This document shows positions 46,486 to 53,768 of a stretch of DNA of 64,000 nucleotides, piece by piece. Each line of letters starts with the position of its first letter. Within the stretch, counting starts at the first letter, position 1. The position numbers were made by a program, and so were the translations under genes. The notes below the pieces were generated by a model, which saw only the letters and a program-made list of their open reading frames with translations, was not told the DNA's origin and searched no databases. Origin of the DNA: an uncultured Lishizhenia sp. (GTDB lineage Bacteria > Bacteroidota > Bacteroidia > Flavobacteriales_D > Crocinitomicaceae); assembly GCA_964590425.1 (NCBI GenBank), contig CAZPWB010000003.1:5605-69604 (forward strand). Reading direction: 5' to 3'.

Positions 46486-47589
46486 TTAGAACTTATAAAA
46501 CCAACTGAGCATTGGAATTGGGAAAGAGTAATTGTTCGTGTAAGTTTCTGTATTAGTTTTTACTTCTCGTTTTCCGATAATACCTGCAAGTGTGACTTGA
46601 AAAGCGCGGTTTTGATCTTTTTGAAAACGCATGCCCGGCATGAAAACAACATTAGTTGCCTTTACCTCAGCAAATGGGTCGCCATAAACTACAGAAAGCG
46701 GCTGACCAGTATTTGGATCAAAGTAGTAATCGATTTGCTGATAGTCAAATACTTTTCGGGTATTGCCCGTGATGATCATGGCATCCCAAACAAAGCTGGC
46801 CTTTTTACCAATAGCTGTAATACCAGAAATGCCAATAATTGGTGATTGAAAATTACCTACTTCATTTTGGTAATTGATGGTTTCAGGTGTTGGAAAATAA
46901 TAAGCACCTTGTTGAAGCACCGCAGCATAGGTTCCAGGTGTGTAATAAGTGTAGTCATTGATAAAATTGAAGCCTGAATTGAAATAGGCATAGCCCAAAG
47001 ATAATGTAGCATTGGTTCTGCGAGTGCCGTAGGTCGCCATGGCCCAGTGTAAGCCACCGTACCCTTTTCCTTGGTTGAAATACCCCGATGAACCAAGCAA
47101 AGTGCCTAAGCCAAAATTTAATTTAGGATTTTGTGTCGGGATGGTGTATTTGAAAGCAAGCGCAATTGGGCTGGCAATCCAGGTAGCCATGACACCCACG
47201 CTAAAGTTTTGTGCCACAGATAGGTGAACCTCGGGGCCGTAAAGGTTGACCATGGCATAATTCTCACCTTTTTGGATTGGAAAAGCGTTTGTTGTGAACT
47301 GATAACGCGTTGTAAATACACCCTGCCCTAGGAATTCTCCGGCCTTGTAGTCATTTTCCATGTCAACCTTAGTGATGCTTTTGACATCCGATTTTGGAAT
47401 ATAAATGTTGCCTAATTGTTTTGTCTTTAACAAGATTTCTCGCCCATCGTCGGAAAGGATTTCACCTACGTATTCAATACCATTATTGCGAACAATAAGA
47501 AATTTGGTAGTGTCGTGGTCATTGGAGGGTTGTTGAGCGATAGTCAGGAAGCTAGACAGCACAAATAAAAGGGAGAGGATAAATTTCAT
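46486..47589 (-). CDS. hypothetical outer-membrane beta-barrel-like protein
   Basis: 367 aa. Signal peptide (MKFILSLLFVLSSFLTIAQQ), Gly/Tyr-rich alternating segments, and a terminal aromatic ...SWFYKF. Confidence 0.5.
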   Translation of the reverse strand: MKFILSLLFVLSSFLTIAQQPSNDHDTTKFLIVRNNGIEYVGEILSDDGREILLKTKQLGNIYIPKSDVKSITKVDMENDYKAGEFLGQGVFTTRYQFTTNAFPIQKGENYAMVNLYGPEVHLSVAQNFSVGVMATWIASPIALAFKYTIPTQNPKLNFGLGTLLGSSGYFNQGKGYGGLHWAMATYGTRRTNATLSLGYAYFNSGFNFINDYTYYTPGTYAAVLQQGAYYFPTPETINYQNEVGNFQSPIIGISGITAIGKKASFVWDAMIITGNTRKVFDYQQIDYYFDPNTGQPLSVVYGDPFAEVKATNVVFMPGMRFQKDQNRAFQVTLAGIIGKREVKTNTETYTNNYSFPIPMLSWFYKF

Positions 47590-47614
47590 CTTTTTATTTT
47601 AAATTTAAGTAAAA

Positions 47615-49867
47615 TTAGTCATTCGTATAAATTCGCTGCACACGAGGTGAGATACTTGTAAGTATTTCATAAGGAATTGTATCTGCAGCAGCAGCGAAGC
47701 TCAGAAGAGTTTGATGGTCGCCGATAATTTCTGCCTCATCGGTCAATGTTACCTCTGGTGTGACACGAACCATGATCATGTCCATACAAACACGGCCAAT
47801 GGTTGGGCAAAATTTTCCGTTGATAAATACGCCTCCTCTTCCTCCGCCAAGATTACGCTTGAAACCGTCTGCATAACCAACCGGAATGATGGCTATATTT
47901 TGCTTTTCTTCAGCACGTTCGCTACAGCCATAACCGACACAAGCGCCTGCCTCAAGTGTTTTTATTTGGGAAATACTGCTGCGCCAAGATAAAACGGGTC
48001 TGAGTTGCTGTGCAAAGTGTGGGTCATGATTGATGCCAAATAAGCCAATCCCGAGTCGGACCATATCGAATTGTGCCTCCGGAAAATGAGCTGCACCCTC
48101 TGAATTGAGAAGGTGGCGCAAAACCGAATAAGGTAATGCGTCCATGATTTGCTGACTGAGCGCCTCAAATAATTGAATTTGTTGCTGATTGATTGGATGC
48201 TTAGGTTCATCTGCACAAGCCATGTGGCTGTAAATACTTTTAACTTGTACTTCGGGCTGTGCTAGTAATGTTTCAATTAAAACAGATACATCATGCTCTT
48301 GAAAACCAAGCCTGTGCATGCCCGTATCGAGCTTAACATGTATTGGATAACTCTCCAAACCAAGCGTAATCAATTTACGAATTAAGACATCGAGTTGCTC
48401 GAGGCTGTAAATTGCCGGTTCCAATTGGGCATCAATGCACGTAGCAAAAGCCTCTGGCTCGGCGTTCATGACAAGAATGGGAGCCTGTATACCTTGCGCC
48501 CGGAGTTCTTTACCTTCGTCAGCGTAGGCTACCCCTAAGTAATTAGCGCCGCTTCTGAGCAACTCTGAAACCCATTGACCATGACCCGCGCCATAGGCCT
48601 GTGCCTTAACCATGACGAGCAACTTGGTCTCGGGATTTAACATTTGACGGTATTGATTCAGGTTGTGTTTGAGTGCTGACAAATCATAGGTAACACTGGT
48701 GCTGTGTTTTTTCAAGCACCATTGTTCGTGTAATTTTTGTAAGGCCGCTAGGTCATTCCCTTTGATCAGTACCACCTGATTTTGAATATCTGGCAACTGT
48801 TCAGGAATTTCTTCCCATATGTAATAGCGATCGATGTCGTATGCTTGAATCAGAGCTTCAATAGCTGTTTTTTGAGAAAGCTGCTCGGGTTTGAGATAAC
48901 AACACACTAACGTTTTTTTACCCGCTGACAACGTTTTTAAATAGGCCAAAGAACCTTCAAATGCCAATGAGTCAAGGGTGTAAGCATCTTGAATGAGGGT
49001 TGCATTCTGAATGCCCTCAAAAGTTTCGAGACGCAAGGCCAAACGAGGAAGTGAAGTAATATTCTTTGCTGAAATAGCCGCAAACTTAAGGGCAAATGCC
49101 AATGCTAAACGTGCATTTTGGACACTTGCTGGATCTTTGAATGGAATGAATTGCTCTAAATCGAAGAAGTTCTTGCTTTGACTTCCATGAAGATCTTCAT
49201 CGGTCAGTACCCACTCACAAGCATGCAAAAGGTTTTGGAGTTCAGCTTTATATTGGTCGAGGTCTTTAAACTCATTGCCGCGCAAGTGATCATTCGTAAC
49301 AAGACCAAAGTTTGGCTGTATCATGGCTTGCAACTTCAACATTTCACCAGGTTTGGTGGCAGCTGCTTCAATAAGCCCAAGATCCGCTTCGAGCGGTAAT
49401 TCTAAAATTGAAAGTGCTACTCCTAACTGAGAATTATAACTTTTGGGGCTCCGAACCACATGTAGCTGACCCGCTAACAAATGATGGATCCATTCTTTAA
49501 CAGTTGTTTTTCCGATAGAACCGGCAATGACTACTACAGGATATTTTAATTGGCTGCGTCTGTAAATAGCAAGTTTTTGTAATGCAGCTAAAGTATCAGC
49601 GACCAAATAATAGTTAGCATCGGTATTTATTTTTTCAGGTAGCTCTTCGACAACAAAATGTTTAATGCCAAGTTCGTAGGCTTGTTGGACAAAAGCATGT
49701 CCATTTTGTTTTGGGCCCTGTAAAGCAAAGAATACAACGCCAGCTGTTCTGGTTATTTTTCGGGTATCGTAAACTACTTCATGAATAACAAGCTCTTGAG
49801 CCTGCTCCCCTTCGCTAGTGGCCTCTATTATTTTTTGGAATTCAAGACTGGAGAGGGCTAGTTTCAT
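47615..49867 (-). CDS. alr: bifunctional MurF-like ligase / alanine racemase fusion
   Basis: 750 aa. Mur ligase P-loop AGSIGKTTVKEW in the N-terminal half. C-terminal half carries the PLP-Lys motif VMVKAQAYGAGHG and an Alr-like tail ...GRVCMDMIMV. Confidence 0.82.
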   Translation of the reverse strand: MKLALSSLEFQKIIEATSEGEQAQELVIHEVVYDTRKITRTAGVVFFALQGPKQNGHAFVQQAYELGIKHFVVEELPEKINTDANYYLVADTLAALQKLAIYRRSQLKYPVVVIAGSIGKTTVKEWIHHLLAGQLHVVRSPKSYNSQLGVALSILELPLEADLGLIEAAATKPGEMLKLQAMIQPNFGLVTNDHLRGNEFKDLDQYKAELQNLLHACEWVLTDEDLHGSQSKNFFDLEQFIPFKDPASVQNARLALAFALKFAAISAKNITSLPRLALRLETFEGIQNATLIQDAYTLDSLAFEGSLAYLKTLSAGKKTLVCCYLKPEQLSQKTAIEALIQAYDIDRYYIWEEIPEQLPDIQNQVVLIKGNDLAALQKLHEQWCLKKHSTSVTYDLSALKHNLNQYRQMLNPETKLLVMVKAQAYGAGHGQWVSELLRSGANYLGVAYADEGKELRAQGIQAPILVMNAEPEAFATCIDAQLEPAIYSLEQLDVLIRKLITLGLESYPIHVKLDTGMHRLGFQEHDVSVLIETLLAQPEVQVKSIYSHMACADEPKHPINQQQIQLFEALSQQIMDALPYSVLRHLLNSEGAAHFPEAQFDMVRLGIGLFGINHDPHFAQQLRPVLSWRSSISQIKTLEAGACVGYGCSERAEEKQNIAIIPVGYADGFKRNLGGGRGGVFINGKFCPTIGRVCMDMIMVRVTPEVTLTDEAEIIGDHQTLLSFAAAADTIPYEILTSISPRVQRIYTND

Positions 49868-50439
49868 GAGTTATTTTGTTGGTAACAAGAACGGCACAAA
49901 GGTTTGTACTTTTCTACGGCACCTACCAAAACTTGTTCGGTTTGCGCTACCGTTCGGTAAGAGAAGTGTGCCAAATTACCGCACTCAACGCAAACCGCAT
50001 GAACTTTACTGACATATTCTGCAATTGCCATTAATTGAGGGATTGGGCCGAAGGGTTGCCCCAAGTAGTCCATGTCGAGACCAGCAATGATGACACGCGC
50101 ACCCTTATTGGCCAGTTCAGTGCAAACCGCAACAATTTGCTGATCGAAAAACTGAGCTTCATCAATGGCAACAATGTGTTCACCCTTCCATAAATCCAAA
50201 ATTTCTTGTGCTCGCTGACAACGCAAGGCTGCCCAACTTTGACCCACATGACTCACGACTTCTTCACTGGCATAGCGCTCATCGATACTTGGCTTGACTA
50301 ATAAAATGGCCTGATTTGCAAATTGTGCACGGCGCAATCTTCGAAAAAGTTCTTCGGTCTTGCCTGAAAACATCGAACCACAAATGACTTCAATTGAACC
50401 AAGTTGCCCTTTATCTTTGCTAAATTGCTCTAAAAACAT
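49864..50439 (-). CDS. tdk: thymidine kinase
   Basis: 191 aa. GSMFSGKTEEL P-loop and Zn ribbon CVECG...CRSCY. Overlaps the upstream gene by 4 nt. Confidence 0.92.
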   Translation of the reverse strand: MFLEQFSKDKGQLGSIEVICGSMFSGKTEELFRRLRRAQFANQAILLVKPSIDERYASEEVVSHVGQSWAALRCQRAQEILDLWKGEHIVAIDEAQFFDQQIVAVCTELANKGARVIIAGLDMDYLGQPFGPIPQLMAIAEYVSKVHAVCVECGNLAHFSYRTVAQTEQVLVGAVEKYKPLCRSCYQQNNS

Positions 50440-50471
50440 AGTGTCAGTGAATCAGATTATGAAATGTTTTC

Positions 50472-50479
50472 TAATTTTG
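50472..50479 (+). promoter_or_regulatory. TAnnTTTG -7 box (TAATTTTG) upstream of the acidic protein gene
   Basis: Exact consensus match, 51 nt before ATG 50531. Confidence 0.35.
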
Positions 50480-50530
50480 GTTCAGGTTCAATTGGGTTCC
50501 CGATTGTACGAAATTAATAAGTTATAAGCA

Positions 50531-51535
50531 ATGTCCGAAAAAAGTCCTTCTCTAATGATCAAAACTATCCTTGGCCACCTCGAATCTGGCCTTGAAAAAC
50601 TCGAATCTGGTCAATTAAGTCCGGAAGATATGGAATTGCTTGTTGAAGACGCCAAAGAACTCTATGAGCGCATGGTCATTATGCGCTACAAAATTTATGA
50701 AACCAACGTTCTTGGTGTTTCTGCACCAGTTGTTTCTGCAAGTATCAGACAGCCTGAAATCGAAACTCCTATTGATTTATTCGGAGCAATTGATCTTGGC
50801 TCAGAACCCGAGTTTGAAGTGACTTTCGCCAATGAAGATCCAATCATTGAAGAAGAAAAAGTAAGCTATCCGCTTGAAGAGGAAGTTGAGGAAGAATTAG
50901 GTTTCAAAAATGAAATCTTGGAAGATGTAATAGAAACGGAAAAAGAATCAAATTTTGAAAATGATTCTTTTGATGAGGGAACTGAGGAATCAGTAATAGC
51001 ATCAAGTTTTGAAAATGAATCCTCAGAGGAAGATGAAGATGAGGAAGAAGAAGTGTCTTTCCTTGACCAAGATGAGTCTTCATTAAGCGATGAACTTGTT
51101 GAAGCTACTGAATTTAATAATTCAGATATTCTTGAAGAGGACGAAGAAGCACAAAATGTAAACCCTGAATCTTTCATCGAAGAGACACCTATTGAAGTTC
51201 CACAAACCAATTACGAGCCTCAATTTTCAGCTGATCAACCTATTTGGATGGCTGAAATGGAGGCAAATATCAGAGACAACCGCAGTATTTTCCCATTAGA
51301 AACATTAGCTGGTGCCTTTACGCTCAACGAAAAATTACAATTCATCAACGAGCTTTTTGATGGTTCTTCTGATGATTTCTCTAGCTCAGTGAAGCAACTT
51401 GATCAATTGGCCAACATGGATGCAGCACGCAACATGCTTACCGAATTGTCTCAAACTTTTAACTGGGACACCGAGTCAGAAATCGTTGAAGATTTCCTTT
51501 ACAAGATCTGCAGACGTCATGCGGCTGGCGCTTAG
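50531..51535 (+). CDS. hypothetical highly acidic protein with Glu/Asp/Ser-rich central region
   Basis: 334 aa. The central ~150 aa are dominated by E/D/S (e.g. SSEEDEDEEEEVSFLDQDESS). A TAATTTTG box lies 52 nt upstream. Confidence 0.5.
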   Translation: MSEKSPSLMIKTILGHLESGLEKLESGQLSPEDMELLVEDAKELYERMVIMRYKIYETNVLGVSAPVVSASIRQPEIETPIDLFGAIDLGSEPEFEVTFANEDPIIEEEKVSYPLEEEVEEELGFKNEILEDVIETEKESNFENDSFDEGTEESVIASSFENESSEEDEDEEEEVSFLDQDESSLSDELVEATEFNNSDILEEDEEAQNVNPESFIEETPIEVPQTNYEPQFSADQPIWMAEMEANIRDNRSIFPLETLAGAFTLNEKLQFINELFDGSSDDFSSSVKQLDQLANMDAARNMLTELSQTFNWDTESEIVEDFLYKICRRHAAGA

Positions 51536-52793
51536 CCTTCTCTTTTGTGGCTTCATTAGTTTTGGGTTTACCCAAACGTATCCTTACCAGGAAGCTATTT
51601 CCACACTTTGTTCGCCGCCCTTTGCTGGGCGCGGCTATGTCAATCAAGGCAGCGAAAAGGCAGCAGCATTTATTGCGCAAGAATTTCAAAAAATTGGCTT
51701 GCAAGCGCTTAAGCGCAACAACTATTTTCAAAATTTTAGTTTTCCTGTTCAGTCCTTTCCGGGGGCGTGTCAGTTCATTCTAGGCAATGACACCTTGCAA
51801 CCTGGCATTGACTACTTGGTTGATCCGGCTTCTGCGGGCATTCAAGCGCCACAGCAATATACTTTGGTCTATTGCAATATAAAGTCGCTGTATCGCAATG
51901 TAAATGCCTTTAGACCCTGTCCGAAAGATCGCATGTTGGTGGTAAAAACCTCAGGTTTTGGTGGCGATACCAATAAAGTACTACAAGCACGTCTCAAAGA
52001 ATTACAACAATTTGCGGCTGTACTTGAAATCACAACAAATAAACTCACGTGGTCTGTGAGTCAGACCGTGCTTCCTTACCCAGCATTTATTGCCAAAGCA
52101 GATAAGTTTGTTTCACAACCTAGCTCTGCTAATATTCACTTGGAAAGCATTTTTAATCCGGCATATAAAAGTTCAAACGTACTCGCCTATTTGCCCGCTG
52201 CTGAAAAAGCCAAAAACAAACCCTATATTGTACTCACTGCCCACTACGATCATTTGGGAATGATGGGGCAAAACACCTATTTTCCGGGGGCAAATGATAA
52301 CGCTTCTGGCGTTGGGATGCTGCTTTACCTCGCGCAACAACTGGCCAAAGAACGCAACCAGAATTTCAATTATGTATTTATTGCCTTCAGTGGAGAAGAA
52401 GCGGGCTTACTTGGCTCCAAATATTTTGTAGAGCATCCGCTTTTTCCGCTCAAGCAAATTCGATTTTTACTCAATACCGATATCATGGGAAGCGGTGAAG
52501 AAGGTATCACTGTTGTGAATGCCACCTTATTTAAATCAGAATTTGACAAATTGGTTGCACTCAATCAAAAAGGGAATTTTTTAGCACAAGTAAAGTCGAG
52601 GGGCCCAGCAGCCAATTCAGATCATTATTTCTTTACGGAAAAAGGCGTGCCCGCTTTCTTTGTTTATACAATGGGGCCCAATAAAAATTATCATGATATC
52701 CATGACAAATATGAGGCACTTAGTTTTGCCGAATTCGAGGATTTAGCGACACTCTTTTATAAGTTTCTGAACTCATTTGAGCCTACGTACTAA
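51519..52793 (+). CDS. M28 family metallopeptidase
   Basis: Signal peptide from ATG 51519 (MRLALSLLFCGF). HYDHLG, GANDNASGVGMLL and FSGEEAGLLGSKYF zinc-ligand motifs. Confidence 0.8.
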   Translation: MRLALSLLFCGFISFGFTQTYPYQEAISTLCSPPFAGRGYVNQGSEKAAAFIAQEFQKIGLQALKRNNYFQNFSFPVQSFPGACQFILGNDTLQPGIDYLVDPASAGIQAPQQYTLVYCNIKSLYRNVNAFRPCPKDRMLVVKTSGFGGDTNKVLQARLKELQQFAAVLEITTNKLTWSVSQTVLPYPAFIAKADKFVSQPSSANIHLESIFNPAYKSSNVLAYLPAAEKAKNKPYIVLTAHYDHLGMMGQNTYFPGANDNASGVGMLLYLAQQLAKERNQNFNYVFIAFSGEEAGLLGSKYFVEHPLFPLKQIRFLLNTDIMGSGEEGITVVNATLFKSEFDKLVALNQKGNFLAQVKSRGPAANSDHYFFTEKGVPAFFVYTMGPNKNYHDIHDKYEALSFAEFEDLATLFYKFLNSFEPTY

Positions 52794-53162
52794 ATAACTC
52801 GTTTGAATCACTAACACCGACAGTGCCAAACCCAACATATATAATACAAATTGTGTGGCCTGATTGGTATAAATAAAAGCCAAAAGAATCGATAAATAAC
52901 CCAACATTTGGGTGGTCATGAGGATCAACAAGCGAAAAGTAAATGCGCTTTGGTCGCCTGTGTTTTTCAAAAAAAGAATAGCTGCCGAAACCAAAACAAT
53001 AAAGAGTGAACTGAGTTGAGCTAACAACAAATGGCTTGAGCTGATTTTAAATATCTCGAGCAAGGCCAGAATAGCAAACGCACCGTGGATGGCCAGCATA
53101 CTCAAAAGATAAGAAACAAAAGTGAGACGCTTTTTCAAGTTATTTTTCTTTTGAAATGGCAA
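52773..53162 (-). CDS. four-TM small membrane protein, ATP synthase protein I-like by size and topology
   Basis: 129 aa with four hydrophobic helices. Start is uncertain: it overlaps the upstream ORF by 23 nt, and there is an internal ATG at 53099. Confidence 0.4.
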   Translation of the reverse strand: MPFQKKNNLKKRLTFVSYLLSMLAIHGAFAILALLEIFKISSSHLLLAQLSSLFIVLVSAAILFLKNTGDQSAFTFRLLILMTTQMLGYLSILLAFIYTNQATQFVLYMLGLALSVLVIQTSYLVRRLK

Positions 53163-53352
53163 GTACTTCTTTGATCACAAGATATAAGCCCAATGCAACA
53201 CCAAGTAAACCAAGAATGATTGTCCAGAGTGAGTTAGTGGTATGGTACTTAGCATCTAGAAAGTAACCCAACCATGAAAAACCACCAATAACAGCTGCCA
53301 TTTGGATTGCTGCAGCGCTTAATCGGAGAAACGGATTGGAGGAAGAAGCCAA
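53140..53352 (-). CDS. AtpZ/AtpI family small membrane protein
   Basis: 70 aa with two TMs. FLRLSAAAIQMAAVIGGFSWLGYFLD resembles the ATPase_gene1 family. Confidence 0.55.
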   Translation of the reverse strand: MASSSNPFLRLSAAAIQMAAVIGGFSWLGYFLDAKYHTTNSLWTIILGLLGVALGLYLVIKEVLAISKEK

Positions 53353-53354
53353 GA

Positions 53355-53762
53355 TTATTCGTCGAAAGCAGGCTCGGAATCAAGCTTTGGAGCGCTTACC
53401 CCTGCACGCATGACACATGCGCCTTCAAAAAATGCACCTTCTTCGATATGCAACTTCATGGTTTGGATATCGCCTTTGATACGGGCAGTTGAACGCAAAA
53501 CAAGCAGATTTTCAACCATTAGTTGCCCCTCCATAGCACCTTCGATTTCTGCATGCACACAAACGAGGTTGCCATTGATTTTACCTGAACTACCAATCAC
53601 GACACGACCAGCACAAGAAACGTTGCCATTTACTTCGCCTTCGAGATGAATATTTGAATCTGAGGTGAGGTCACCGTTGATTTCTGTTCCGGCTACAATT
53701 TTGTTGAGACGGTCTGCGTGATCAACCTGGCTAGAACCCCCGAAAATGTCTTTTCTTAGCAT
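53355..53762 (-). CDS. bactofilin (polymer-forming cytoskeletal protein)
   Basis: 135 aa. Beta-helix repeat GTEINGDLTSDSNIHLEGEVNGNVSCAGRVVIGSSGKINGNLVC... Confidence 0.8.
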   Translation of the reverse strand: MLRKDIFGGSSQVDHADRLNKIVAGTEINGDLTSDSNIHLEGEVNGNVSCAGRVVIGSSGKINGNLVCVHAEIEGAMEGQLMVENLLVLRSTARIKGDIQTMKLHIEEGAFFEGACVMRAGVSAPKLDSEPAFDE

Positions 53763-53768
53763 AAGAGC

